NCBI GenBank assembly: GCA_964106915.2 | Contig: OZ066923.1 | DNA: 64,000 nucleotides | Reading direction: 5' to 3' (one strand) | Source: Podarcis gaigeae | Lineage: Eukaryota | Part shown: positions 37,699 to 51,274 of the stretch, in pieces | How positions within the stretch are numbered: the stretch's first letter is position 1 | Layout of the letters: each line of letters begins with the position of its first letter | The notes under the pieces: model-generated | The model's input: only the letters and a program-made list of their open reading frames with translations | Told to the model about the DNA's origin: nothing | Databases searched by the model: none | Made by a program: the position numbers and the translations under genes

Positions 37699-38312
37699 TA
37701 TCTAGTTTACATTTGATGCTAGGCTACATTGGTACTATGTACACACAAGTCAGTCAGGGAATTATTTCTCAAAAACAGCAGACAAAGATCACAGGTGTAA
37801 GTAAAGGAGCACAGTGGCATCTAAGCCATATTGCGCCACACACCAGATGACAGTTCAAGCAGCTGTCTCTTCACTTCCATTCAGGTCATGCGTAAAATTG
37901 TCTTCCTGTAGCAGCCAGCCTCTTCAGTTCCCAAGGTCTTAAAAAGGCGGAGGACAACCAGCCTATTGTCTTTATGAATGTGAAGAAAGCAAATTAGTAT
38001 CTTCAGTCAGAGAACACAGGGATGAAAACGTGCCTCTGGACCATGCTACTAGAGACTGGAGCGTTCGTGATTGAATGCTCCTCCATACAAAGCTTTCTCC
38101 TGTACACAGGAAACTGCATGTCAGGGAGAAGAGTTGATGGAAAATATTTACTGGAAGGCCACTGACTCACATGAGTCTATGCCTGTGTTCTGAACTGGTA
38201 CAGCCCTGAACTATGCCTTCCCCAGCTGCTTAGGAGATCTAGGCTTCTGGTGTGCCCTTATTACAAACTTGTTGAAATACAAGTGGGCATCCATTTGCAT
38301 GTACCCTTTATG

Positions 38313-38828
38313 CATAGCTGTCAACCGTCCCTTATTTGGCGGGAAACTCCCTTATCCCAGCGCTGTGTCCCGCTGCTGTCCCTTATTGATGATGTCCCTT
38401 AAATTTTCTGGGTTTCATGCTCGCCCGGCTCGGGAGGGAAGCAGCAGCTCGGGGTCCTCTGCTGGAAGAAGGAGTGCACGCTGGTGCCGTCATCCTGGTG
38501 CGAGGAGTTCCATCGGCCCTTCCCCGCCCGAGGGGGGGGAGGGAGACTCTCGCCCATGCCACCCGCGAGCCCAGAGGCGGCAGCGATGGTGGCAGCTGAG
38601 GAGGCGGCCTGAGGGAAGAGGAAAAGGAGGGGATGGGAGGGACGCAGACGGGTGGCGCTTCAATGGACGCCGCAGCGCCGCAACCGCCTCATTCTGGATT
38701 GACAGATGCTGTCAATCCTACCAAGGTATGTAACTCTTTACAATAGAAAATCCCTTATTTTGGCTGCTGATCCCTTATTTTTGAGGCTGCTGGTCCCTTA
38801 TTTTCAAATCTGTAACTTGACAGCTATG
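38313..38828. mobile_element. Non-autonomous hAT element (MITE), 516 bp
   Basis: TIRs CATAGCTGTCAA / TTGACAGCTATG; perfect 8-bp TSD CCTTTATG (38305-38312, 38829-38836); repeated subterminal TCCCTTA(T) motifs at both ends; CpG-rich interior. Confidence 0.92.
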
Positions 38829-39383
38829 CCTTTATGAGATTTGTCTGAGTCCTGCTCAATTCAACTTTATTATGCGGTAAACTTCCTTGAGCCCCTGTGA
38901 GAGAAAGGATAGTATTGAAATATAATAAATAAAAACTCTTCAGCATTTGCAATGTTCCACTTGTTAATTTCCAATGTGATTGACCTTTAAGACACTGGTG
39001 CTTTCAACGGCAAAATAGTTAATGTAGTAGCGAAGTATATTCCTGATGGTGAGAAGGAAACAAGTTACGACAAAATAGGATTAAAAACGTGCAGGAGGTG
39101 GGGAGACGCATGAACTGAGCTGATCAGCATGCATTAGAGAAGTAAGTTGAAGGGAGGAGAGTTTTTGAAGGTGTTTAAATGCTCTTTTAAACATCAGCAG
39201 TGAGAGCTTGTTCTTAGGATGAAATAGTCTGTTGATGAAGGCCAAAATATATGTACTCACTTCCTTTTCACAACTCAGGATATCACTTAGCAAATGAAAG
39301 GAGTAATCTGATACTAATAGAACAAGTTGCTCTCTTTCACAAGCTTTTACATGAGTGGTTCCACGTGACAGAGATTTGCTGTT

Positions 39384-39909
39384 ATAGAATAATAGAATTG
39401 GAAGGGACCCAACGGTCATCTAATCCAACCACCTACAATGCAGGAATCTCAGCTAAAGCATCCATGACAGATGGCCATCCAACCTCTGCTTAAAAACCTC
39501 CAAGTAAATAGAGTCCACAACCTCCTAAGGGAGAACGGCTCTTACTGTCAGAAAGTTTTTCTGTATGTCTAGTTGGACTCTCGTTTCCTGCAACTTGAAG
39601 ACATTGGTTCGAGTCCAACCTTCCAGAGCAGGAGAAAACAAGCTTGCTCCGTCCTCTATGTGACAGCCCTTCAGATATTTGAAGATGGCTATCATATCTC
39701 CCCTCAGTCTCCCTTTTCTCCAGGCTAAATATACCCAGCTCCTTCAACCATTCTTCATATGGCTTGGCTTCTAGACCCCTGATCATCCTAACTAGGGTTC
39801 CAGCTTGTCAACATCCTTTTAAAATTGTGATGCCCAGAACTGGACACAGTATTCCAGGTGTGGTCTGACTAAGGCAGAATAGAGTGGCACTATGACTTCC
39901 CTTGATCTG
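39384..39909 (-). mobile_element. CR1 LINE 3' fragment
   Basis: ORF 39490-39786 MIRGLEAKPYEEWLKELGIFSLEKR is the CR1 ORF2 C-terminal motif; ATAGAAT tail; [11 protein letters not shown]-like region upstream. Confidence 0.9.
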
Positions 39910-41275
39910 ATTATATTCGGAAACAATCAGTTTTTCCAAAAGAGCAAGCAAACAGACTGCCTCGCCTCTTCTGTAATAACAACTTCAGTGTTTGTTTTCC
40001 ACTGCATCAACTTCTTTCCAATATTCATGTAGGACACACTTTCAGTAAGGCCTTGAAATAGCCAACTTCATCTGGGTTCAACCCTTTCTAAGTAAACTTG
40101 GGCATGAGGATTGGTTAGCTGCTTCCACCCTCAGCTGCCCTTGCTAGTACCTCTCCCTTCTTGGTCAGCATTGTTGTATCTTAATCCATAAACAATTATT
40201 GCAGTTCACCAACCTATGCTTGTATTTAGATGAGGACCAATTGGCTGTGCTTTCAACTCCAGTTAAGATCCCTTGATTATTTTGCCTCCTGATAATTTAC
40301 ATCTTTCCTCATTCCTTTACCCACTATATTTCTTGAGCTACAAAGGCATATTTATCAAGATTCTGCTGGAAAATGGGAAGTTCTTCACCTGCTTCTGCTG
40401 CAGCTTGCAACAAGGGGCTGCCATTGGTGGTTTTTTAGTCATCATTCAGTAATGTTGCTGGCCTTCATTTATGTATCATGTATCAAGGAAAAAAATACAT
40501 GTTTGATGCAGAAAATTGCAGGTCTGAAAATTCTATACGTGAATGTCCTTGGATTTCATAGGCTGACTAGATGGAAAACTAATTTTGAACACTGACAGGT
40601 TTGCTCAAGTCCTTCATCCTTAAAATGATATAACTATAACTCTAATGACATCTAAATGAAGAAAGGTGAGATACTTGGACCATGCCCTCTCAATTTATAT
40701 AAATTCTTATTAGATTTGCAGAGTCTTTCCAACAGAGCACAGAGAAGAATCAATCCATGCATTACTTGAGTGGTAGGATTTCATTCTCATGAGCAATCTC
40801 TTTTTAATCACTGGTTTCATTCTCAGGCTAGTCATGGCATAAAAGATTTTCTTAAGTAGTACTTACTCATCATAATGGATGTCTTATATATCAGCTCTTG
40901 AAAACTGAACTTTTCCCTGCTTATCATCTTCTTTTTAGATATACTTTATTATTCCAAAAGATACTTATTTTAAAATCAGCTCAGTGCAAATTAAGATAAA
41001 TTTCAGCAGGGTTTAAAAAGTCATTTCACAATAATGACTAAGGACGTGATCCAGTTCTAGCCTGCATCAGTGAGTGCACACTGCTCTCTGCACATGGGAA
41101 TGGGAAGATTTGGTAGAGAACTGGCTTGTGATATGAATAGATCAGATTTAAAAATAAAAAAACCTCACAGAGCTACAATTATCCACATCCTTACAGTTCC
41201 CAATATTTTTTTGGAGGGAAGCAAATGTGCTTTTACATGTATAGAGCAAAACCCAAAGCAGTATATTCTTTTAAG

Positions 41276-41277
<2 letters not shown>

Positions 41278-41317
<40 letters not shown>
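41278..41317. repeat. (GT)n microsatellite
   Basis: Directly visible. Confidence 0.9.
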
Positions 41318-41319
<2 letters not shown>

Positions 41320-43290
41320 TCAAATGACTTTTCCCCTTGCTTACCCTAGAGCAATGAATGAATGAATTAAAAAAAAAATGAAGACCATATTTTTCCTTGT
41401 TAGTTGGCTTCCCTTTGCATTTACTGGTCCCCTCCAAGTTAATAATCACAGACACAGCCTGTGTTTCACAGCCTGCTGCTTAAGAAACCATGTATATGCC
41501 AGCCTCTAGGCTACCCATCAGAAAGAAAAAAAGCTTTCAATAACCACTTTAAAAGCAGGTGAAGACTGCCTTAGTACAACAGCATGGGGAGGCATTCTGC
41601 AGTGTACTAAAATGCTGTTTTCTGTCCCTTTCCTGCATCAGATTGCTTATCTTCACAGTATGCCTTTGTCCTGCCTGCCGCTTACCATTTCTTGCAAAGC
41701 ATGAAATAATGAAGCTTGAACAAACTCAAAATATATATGCTTCCAAATTGTTGACTTTACATGATCATGCTTCAGCCAATCAAGGCAGTAAATATAACAC
41801 AATATCTCTGTTGTCTCTGTTCTGGAGGTAGGGGAAAGGAGTCCAGTAACCTGACTGTGCTCCTTCTCTTTTATTATGTACCCTCCATAGTTTCTAAAGA
41901 CTGTGTCTTAAAAAATGAGACAAGATAATTTTTGTGAAACAGACAACATAATTTTTGTCTTGCCTAGAAAGCTTTCTGTTCTCTTTCCACAGATCCCCCA
42001 AAGCCTGCATGTTTGCCAAATTGCATGCTGATTTTAGGCAAACAAACCATGTCAACTGTGTGCATTTGCATCTGACATTTACTATTGTGTTCAAAGTAAC
42101 TGTAGAATCATGTGCAGTTTTGTTTCATTGTAATGACACGTTGGGCACACACTAGTTGTGACAAAAGAGAGATTATAATTGGGTCGTTTCACTTTATTAA
42201 AAGGGTTATTCCACTCTATTTCCCAAGGACCATCTTGTCCTCACCAAGATCACCCTGGTAAACTTAAAATGCATTTGAAAATGATGCTTGGTCATGTCTG
42301 CCCTACCCGTTTTTGCTACATTTGGATGTTCTGGCAGCAGGGTTGCTTGCTTGTTGTTGTTGTTCCATTCACCAAACACTGTTGTGGTTTGGGTTTGCCT
42401 GCCCCATTCATCAAACACTGATGGGGTCTTGGTTAGTTCTAGATCAAAGTGATTGTCTGGAGTACATAAAAGAGTATGTTTAGCTCATTGGCAACTTACT
42501 CCCCACCGTCAGCCTCTGAGTCCTAGCTCTGTAGCTCATCTTTAAAGGCTGCCTTTCCTATGTTACGGCTATATCTGTTGTGGTGATAAGATATTAGGCA
42601 TGGATTTTGGAATACACACATTCTAGTTAGATTAAGAAGCTTGTACGTATGGTGGTTCTGTGTTACTATGCCTGAGCCTTATCTGCACTATATGGTGGTT
42701 CTGTGGCCATTCGGATGTTGAATTACAACATCTTTGGTGACCTGCTGAGCTGTTGTAGGTAATTCAAGCTTGCCTCCCTCAAATCCTTACAGGTCCTGCT
42801 TACGGTTTTCTCATAGGCGTCTGGGTGGCTTTTGTGGGACCAAGCTGCTTGACTAGACTGGCTTTTCTTTTTAGCCAGCATAACTCTTCTTGTGTTGTTT
42901 GCAAAGGTGTAATACCTAGCAGAGCCTCCATAATGATTCTCTAGTGATGGGACATTATTAGAACATCCCACCCACATCACCTTTAGTAAAGTTCCTGAGG
43001 CTTTCAACAGATAAAGCCAGAGTTTTTCTTAGGGGGGGTAACAATGGGACCTAGAAGGAAAACAGCAAGCTGGAGATAGGGGCCATGTTTGAAATGTTTG
43101 AAAGCGATGCTTGATTTCTGTTTGAATCCAAGGATTGCACTCTGCACATGTGTAATGACACAATTTCCTATGCAAGTTCCATAAAATTCCTATTGTGATG
43201 AAAGCAGAAGTTTAAAAATAGCAGCTCTACCACTACATGCAAAAATCTATGGGTGCAATGAAGAAAACGCAAAATGAATTTGAAGAATCA

Positions 43291-43427
43291 NNNNNNNNNN
43301 NNNNNNNNNNNNNNNNNNNNNNNNNNNNNNNNNNNNNNNNNNNNNNNNNNNNNNNNNNNNNNNNNNNNNNNNNNNNNNNNNNNNNNNNNNNNNNNNNNNN
43401 NNNNNNNNNNNNNNNNNNNNNNNNNNN
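43291..43427. other. Assembly gap (N run)
   Basis: Run of N. Confidence 1.
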
Positions 43428-43807
43428 TGCCCAGTATAAAATGTCCTAATAAGAATGTGCGTACTTCTGCTAGAATTTCCATTCTGTTAGAAGTCTATTG
43501 TGTCGTGAACAGAGTTGACCTGAATATAAACTCTTGAATATGCCTTGTTATATAAACAGCCCAAAACTGTGTCATTCATCTCAATCCATACCTTCTCCCA
43601 ACAAAAAAGATTTAATCTGTCTTCTTTCCATTAGAAAGTATTTCAGTCTGGGGCATGACCAGAGAACTAATGGAATTATGAGTTTCTAAGTAACTAAAAC
43701 CAGCTGAAGCTGTACTGCAAGGCTTTTTAAATTTTTATTTAACCTCCATTAAAGTCTGGCTCAAAATGCAGATTATGTACTTCCAGACAGCAGTTGAAAT
43801 GAACTAG

Positions 43808-43881
<74 letters not shown>
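43808..43881. repeat. (TC)n(TG)n compound microsatellite
   Basis: Directly visible. Confidence 0.9.
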
Positions 43882-43882
<1 letters not shown>

Positions 43883-44316
43883 CTTTATTAAATTATACAA
43901 ACTTTTAAAAATCAAGTTTCTGCCAGTTTTCTACAACCAAGCCTATGCAATTTTGGACAAATAGAAAATAGGTACAGATTTGGGTAAAGCAGGATGATTA
44001 ATCAGCAGAGATTGCTTATTATGGGGATGTGTTAGGAGGTGCTGTGCTTTACATGTGGAAATGGGGCACAGCTGTGGTGTAATATGGCTAGCCAACATAC
44101 ATTTATAAACCATAATGTAAATACTAACCTACATCTGCAACCAGTAATATGTATTAATATTATTATTGTATTAATACAAGTAATATGCCTTCACCACTTT
44201 TAGGTATATATTCTTCGGGCAAAGAAGGAGAGGCAAAAACTCGCTGCCTTAATCAGAAATGGTCACAGCTGCCAAGGTTCCTTATATGATGAGGGATGGA
44301 GTATTCCATTTTTAAA

Positions 44317-44710
44317 TGTTGTTGTTGTTGTTGTTGTTGTCGTTTAGTCGTGTCCGACTCTTCTTTGGACCAGAGCACGCCAGGCACTCCTGTCTTCCAC
44401 TGCCTCCCACAGTTTGGTCAAACTCATGCTGGTAGCTTCAAGAACACAACCATCTCGTCCTCTGTCGTCCCCTTCTCCTTGTGCCCTCCATCTTTCCCAC
44501 CATCAGGGTCTTTTCCAGGGAGTCTTCTCTTCTCATGAGGTGGCTAAAGTATTGGAGCCTCAGCTTCAGGATCTATCCTTCCAGTGAGCACTCAGGGCTG
44601 ATTTCCTTCAGAATGGATAGGTTTGATCTTCTTGCAGTCCATGGGACTCTCAAGAGTCTCCTCCAGCACCATAATTCAAAAGCATCAATCTTCTTTATGG
44701 TCCAACTCCC
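44317..44710 (-). mobile_element. Bov-B LINE 3' fragment with small internal deletions
   Basis: (GTT)n tail; 11-bp TSD CCATTTTTAAA (44306-44316, 44711-44721). Confidence 0.9.
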
Positions 44711-45494
44711 CCATTTTTAAAATAATTATATCGATTTCCTTTATTTTCCTTACTAGTTCATATTTGAAGTAGATAACTTCCATATCACTACCTGATTAGG
44801 TTTTTGGCCTGACTTTCAGCTTTCAATGCCATGTGTCCTTTTCACTGTAGGGGATTAATTTGAATGTTGTGTTCCTGAAGTCTTATGGTTTCTGGGTGGA
44901 ATTCTGATATGTCTTGGGAATTTTCCCAAGGCGTCTAGTGCTCCTGCTGACACCCTGGGAGAAATGGGGGAGAGAGAAAGACAGAGGGCATGGCAGAGAG
45001 GAAGAGAAGTTTGAACGCAGTGTGTGGAATACTCAGGGCAATTCCACATCACACTTAAATCTTGAAGACTGTGGTCCTGTATAGGTGCCAGCGATCACTT
45101 AACATAAATATATAAGCTCTCTTAATCAGCCTAAAATGCCCAGGGTTCTTTTGATGAAACAGCAGAAGTGGTTTACAACTAAGGGTGGGGGAGAAATTTG
45201 GCTTGGTTCACATTTCACTGCAAGCCTTCTTGTCACCCTTCATGAAATAATATGGCATGGAAAACTTTCAAAGTTATCCTTTGCAAGTCTCACCTCTTTG
45301 AATTTTATAATGCAAGTCTCCCAATCACCACTACAATGGTTTTTCCTGTGCAATATTCTTGTATTTCACAACACAATAGTAGCAACAGCTCTATCTAGGG
45401 ACATCCTCCTCCTGGTAGACATCAACATGCAAGAAGGAATTTGGATTATACTGAGTAGCCCTTCTCCCCATGTCCCATATGTAGAATGGAAATA

Positions 45495-46249
45495 CAGTGG
45501 TACCTCGGGTTACATATGCTTCAGGTTACATATGTTTCAGGTTACAGATTCCGCTAACCCAGAAATAGTACCTCAGGTTTGTTGTTGTTTAGTCGTTTAG
45601 TCGTTTCCGACTCTTCGTGACCCCATGGACCAGAGCACGCCAGGCACTCCTTTCTTCCACTGCCTCCCGCAGTTTGGTCAGACTCATGTTTGTAGCTTCG
45701 AAGACACTATCCAACCATCTCGTCCTCTGTTGTCCCCTTCTCCTTGTGCCCTCCATCTTTCCCACCATCAGGGTCTTTTCCAGGGAGTCTTCTCTTCTCA
45801 TGAGGTAGCCAAAGTATTGGAGCCTCAGCTTCACGATCTGTCCTTCCAGTGAGCACTCAGGGCTGATTTCCTTAAGAATGGATCGGTTTGTTCTTCTTGC
45901 AGTCCATGGGACTCTCAAGAGTCTCCTCCAGCACCATAATTCAAAAGCATCAATTCTTCGACGATCTGCCTTCTTTATGGTCCAGCTCTCACTTCCATAC
46001 ATCACTACTGGGAAAACCATAGCTTTTACTATACGGACCTTTGTTGGCAAGGTGATGTCTCTACTTTTTAAGATGCTGTCTAACCTCAGGTTAAGAACTT
46101 TGCTTCAGGATGAGAACAGAAATCGTGCTCCGGCAATGTGGCAGCAGCAGGAGGCCCCATTAACTAAAGTGGTGCTTCAGGTTAAGAACAGTTTCAGGTT
46201 AAGAACGGACCTCTGGAACAAATTGAGTACATAACCAGAGGTACCACTG
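45495..46249 (+). mobile_element. Tigger-like MITE split by a Bov-B insertion
   Basis: TA-CAGTGGTACCTC...GAGGTACCACTG-TA; the two halves match the intact copy at 21606-21830. Confidence 0.88.
45580..46082 (-). mobile_element. Bov-B LINE 3' fragment nested in MITE
   Basis: Open 153-aa frame LPTKVRIVKAMVFPVVMYGSESWTIKKADRRRIDAFELWCWRR...; 10-bp TSD ACCTCAGGTT (45570-45579, 46083-46092). Confidence 0.95.
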
Positions 46250-48659
46250 TATTTGAAGGGAGGAGGAATTCTTAATGTGTAGGGGTTCCCACCCAGTGTG
46301 GAACTCTGATTGCTTACCCTTCCAAATTGTGTGGGAGCCTGCATGTGTGAAGGCTCTCCTCTTCAGACATTCGTATTCTTTGGACAGGCACTCAGCATCA
46401 TTCTGTTTCCCACTCATGTGTTGGCAGAAACACCCAAATGGGGCTTTGTGTACAACCTCTCCTGGTTGGGTAGAGACACCTATGATACTGCTCCAACTAT
46501 CTTTATGAACCAAAACAAAATACTACTGTAAGAGCTGTTGACATTTGCTACTCACTCTGGGCAATTTCTGCTTGCCCTAGGTAAAGAAACATGTGGCTAA
46601 TCGCACAGTTGGCTCACATGTATCAGAATTCTTTTTGAGAAATAAAAGGAATGAGTTTAGCACAACTGGTATAGGAGTTCTGAACAGATCCAGTGGGATT
46701 CTAAAATAAAGAACAATAATTTTCTACTGGGTAATAGTGGAATTTCACGTTTGTCGTTAAGGTGCCACTGTTAGATTTAACGTTGAAGGAAGGATTGCTT
46801 GCTGAAACCTGGAAACTCATGCTCTGTATTTAACAACAGTTAAACCTGTTCATTAATTATTAAGGCAGCTTCCACAAAAGCTACGATCATCAGATATTCT
46901 TGTAGTTCCAGGTAGTGTTTTTGATATATTTCATTTTTTTAAAATTCTCTTTAGTTTTGGTTAATAATGAATTCATTAAACACAAGTAAAAATACAATAA
47001 AATAACATTAAAGAGTAAAATACATGGAGATAAGCAGAGATAATTGAAGATGTATGACATACATTCCTTAAATTCCAAATGAACTGTACCAGAATCAGAA
47101 TAGCTGTGATACATTTCACATTACATTAGTAAATTTCCTCATTGTTTAAACTCTTTTACATGTTACAAGAACAAGAATTTCAAACATTCTTTTCCTGAGA
47201 GCAAAGCAAAGATAGTTTTGGTTATGGAATTAAAAAGAACAGAGACAAATGGTAATGTTATAACAATATTAGAAAATATACAAGAAAGATTTTCAACCTT
47301 AAGAGATGCTTTTAAAATATGGCATAGAAGAGTCAAAAACATGCCACTTTTTATTATAAAGGACTAATACTTTGACGTCTGAATTACTCAGAATTTAAAT
47401 AGGGCTGTGAATTCGATAGGATGGATTATGTGTCACAAAAATTATTTCCAGAGACTGAACAAAATAGTGTAAGGTCATTGTTGCAATCCAAAGGACTCAT
47501 GGGCCATTATGTTTAAATGAGAAACTGCTCATTGAACAAACACACACATTTCTGTTCACAATGACTGACTTTCTAGAATAATAGCTAAATGTATTATTAT
47601 ATTATTGTTGTTTTAACTACCAAAGGTGCCAGTTCTGCTTTATGAAATCAGTTGGAGGTTTACTGTTGGAATTCTCTCAAATAGTGCCATGCAAGTTTTT
47701 GTCATGCTACTAGCAGACTTTTGCCTTGCTCTTTCAGTTCTGGCATTTAGGTGGTCCTTGAGGGTCTTCCTCTTCACACTTCCCTTTAACTAATGCTCGA
47801 AGTAGCTTGTATCTCCACAGCAGATTCTCAAATTAATCTGCAGAACTGTTCTGGTGTGACTGCTTTTCTGTTGCACCTCATCTGTCCATTTGTATGTCAT
47901 TTTGTGAGGGCATGGCTACCAAAAGCAGCTTAAAGTACTTTAAACAAAATGGAAAACAAATAACACTATTTGTTTTAAATATCATACAAAATAAGAGGTA
48001 GAAATGAAAGATCCCTATCCTATTCATTCTCCAAAGTCTTTAAAATTGGTCATAGTGTCTGTGTTAAAAGGCATGATGCTTTTGTATTCCTGCTCATGCA
48101 TGACGACAACAAAATACGGGATTTCTGAGGGATGTCGTCAACTTGATTTGCATCAGGTCACCCCTCCCCAAAAGTATGAAACATTCAAAAAACTGAAGCT
48201 CTTTACTGAAAAAAGGTGCTGCAGAAAAGGGCAAGAAAATGTTAAGCTGAAGAATAACAAGCAGAACACATAGGCATTTGAATGCAGGACTCAGCTAAAT
48301 TCAGCTCGCTCTATGTCACAGTATCACTGTGATGTGCTACACAGTAATTGTCTGTGACTTTACAATTTTTTAAAATTTGCACTGGGCCCTGTGGGTTTAG
48401 CTGACCCAGTTGTTCTTTCCGTAGTATAATCTTTTTGATTCCATGAATATGTGTGTGGCTCATTAAAATGAATTGCATTAAAGTCATATTTGGGCTATAG
48501 CTGAGGTGTGTAATAACTCTGCACTCTGAGCATGGTATATAAAAAAAATGGAGGGCTGAGAAAGCAACCAGATAAGACTTTTTGCTTATTGGTGTGATAT
48601 GCAGCTTGTGACATTGTAGGGGGCAGAGCTGTCTTTCCCATTGGGCTTAGTGGTGCATT

Positions 48660-49400
48660 GTGCCAGGGCGCCGGCCTCTCAGGGTCTCCCCAGCAAGTGG
48701 GGGAGCTGTGTGGCTTTGCCGGCGGCCTCCCCTTTCCCTGCTCGCCTGCCAGCTTCGCCCCGCCAACCATATGGCTGGCGGGTGTGCAGCTTGCCTCCCA
48801 AGCCTCAATGGGAACAGAGCAATCCTCGCAGAGGCCTAGGATGGAAGCTGCACCCTGACAACTATAATGTTCAAAACTTGGTGTGTGTTTTTGTGTGTGT
48901 GTATAACAGTTATTCTCATGTGGGCGCCCTCATACCCCCCACAGCCTTTCCTGTCCCCTCAGGAACAGCAGCGTGAGCCCCACCAACCCGCCGTTCATGC
49001 CCAGGCCACCTCCTTCCCCTCGACATAGCGATGGTTGCCACCCACTCCAGGAGCCGATTGGGCGGCCAGCCCACTCCTCCTGCCCTGATTGGCACATGTC
49101 TCTTTCCTTCCTACCCTCCTTGCCCCGCCCCCCTCTGCGGCGGGTGTGGGCGGGCGCCTTGGTGCTGCTGCTGCTGCTTGTGCTGCTCCTTCTGGGCGGG
49201 CCACAAACTGGCCGCATTCGCCTCCCGTCACGCGCATCCATCCTGCCTCCCTGTCAAGCGGCATGGAGAGGAAGCAGCTGTCATCTGAGGAAGCAGCCCC
49301 CACCCCCACTTGGTGGGCATTGCCATTCAAATGGGGTGTGTGTGTGCGCCATGTCCTGTGATGGATTATGTGGGGTGGGGCTTGGCTTGTTTCATTAGCC
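48660..49400. promoter_or_regulatory. GC/CpG-rich island, putative promoter or enhancer
   Basis: Sharp GC and CpG rise against the AT-rich background; two ATTGG (reverse CCAAT) boxes at ~49056 and ~49088; GC boxes CCCCGCCCC and GGGCGGG. No TIR/TSD or recognised repeat. Confidence 0.5.
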
Positions 49401-49566
49401 ATCGGATGCCTGAGGAGCTGAAGTCCCGTTAAACTCAGTGGGGTCTGGCTTCAGAGTCAACCTGCCCAGGAGGATCAAGCTGGAACCCTAGTGCTACCAG
49501 TTCCTCCCATGCATGTTGACTTGGAAGCAGGTTCCACTGAGTTCAGTGATGCTTAATTCTCAAGGC

Positions 49567-49567
<1 letters not shown>

Positions 49568-49617
<50 letters not shown>
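49568..49617. repeat. (ATT)n microsatellite
   Basis: Directly visible. Confidence 0.92.
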
Positions 49618-49618
<1 letters not shown>

Positions 49619-50950
49619 TTAAAGGAAGCTTGCAAGGTCCTGCCTGGAGGCTTGCAACATAAAAAATGTTGAACTCAGTAAAGTAGATGATAGCCCACTG
49701 ACATGGAAAGGCATAAACACTTTTTGAAATATGGCAACCCTAACCTGGGGCAGCTGGGAATGCCTTGACTTAAGGCTGGGGAAGTAGTTAGATTTACAGA
49801 GAAACTGAGCAGAATGTGAAATTCAAACTAAGATTTGCAAATTCAGCACTTTATTCACAGGCTCTATAACCTGTGACTAGTTTCTTAATTGTCTCTCCAG
49901 ATGCAGTGGAAACCTTTTTGTTAAAATACATACATCTTGCCTAATGAAAGAATCTAGGTTATTTCAGAGGGTAACACTAATGATAAATCTTGCCTTACGC
50001 TATATTGAAATGTTCTTCTCAGACTGCAGGGAATATTTTATTCTGTTTCATTAGTAGCTAGTATTGCACCTGTTGGAAGTTGTTTCTCATCTGTAAAGTT
50101 TATACCACAATATAGTGTTTTTCTTTAATATAAAACTATCCTGCTGGAATTTAACACAAGATTTCCAAAAGTGCATTTTCTCAGGTCCCAAAGGAATGGA
50201 ATAAGGTTTGAGGATGTTTAAGCCTCCTGCTTAATCACAAACCTGGCAGAAAATATGTAGGAAGGAATTGTAAAATTGAAAATGGGAGTTAGGAGACACC
50301 AACATCTATTCTGTTAAAAATGCATGGAAGCAGATATCTCCACAATACAAAAGTGGTGGGACAAGCTACACACCACCTAGGTATTGTAATGTATATTTAA
50401 AATACACACTTATATATTTAGGTATTATTGTATTGCCTTTACAGGCTAAACGCCCTCTCAGGGTGGTTCACAAGTAGCATAATAGAACAATATGAAATGT
50501 ATTGCATTTATATCCTTTAGTGGACATTGAACTCATTTCACGGTAAGTGGACACTGAGGCAAAACAATAGTTGATTTGTCCAAGATCAGGTCACATGTTA
50601 TTACTATATTATGTGAATACATGACAGATAAAATAAGGGTGGAGTTTAATAAATGTGCATCTGATCAAATGAACAATTATTTTTGCTTCAATACCAAGAA
50701 AGAGGTAGGGACAAAGTTTTGGCCATAGGGCCAGATCAAATAGTGACCAACCCTCTCTGCAGGCCACATTTGACAGATGGGCAAGGCTTCACTGAGAACT
50801 CAGGCCCCATTTGCATTATACATTAAAAGCAGATTCATGCAACAGAGCTACAATTCCCAGATTTCCCTGGGGAAAGGTATTAACTATTAAACCACTCTGA
50901 GAATTGGCTCTGTGAGGGCAATAGGGGTCTCCTAACAACTCGTAACAAAC

Positions 50951-51274
50951 CACAGAGCCTAGGACTTGCCGATCAGAAGGTTGGCGGTTCGAATCCCCGT
51001 GACGGGGTGAGCTCCTGTTGCTCCGTCCCTGCTCCTGCCAACCTAGCAGTTCAAAAGTACGTCAAAGTGCAAGTAGATCAATAGGTACCGCTCTGGCGGG
51101 AAGGTAAATGGCGTTTACGTGCGCTGCTCTGGTTCGCCAGAAGCGATTTAGTCATGCTGGCCACATGACCCGGAAGTTGTACGCCAGCTCCCTCGGCCAG
51201 TAAAGTGAGATGAGCGCTGCAACCCCAGAGTCGGTCATGACTGGACCTAATGGTCAGGGGTCCCTTTACCTTTT
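50951..51274 (+). mobile_element. Sauria SINE, 5'-truncated, nested in an older repeat (~50805-51362)
   Basis: Family match; 18-bp TSD TAACAACTC(G/T)TAACAAAC (50933-50950, 51275-51292). Confidence 0.9.

Noticed and set aside
37334-37850. ORFs spanning N runs (also 43237-43537)
   Set aside because: Artefacts of assembly gaps.
48973-49398. 141-aa ORF with a Leu-rich TM-like stretch (GALVLLLLLVLLLL)
   Set aside because: The Leu run derives from a CTG-repeat tract in GC-rich DNA where several frames are open; no recognisable homology or exon structure.
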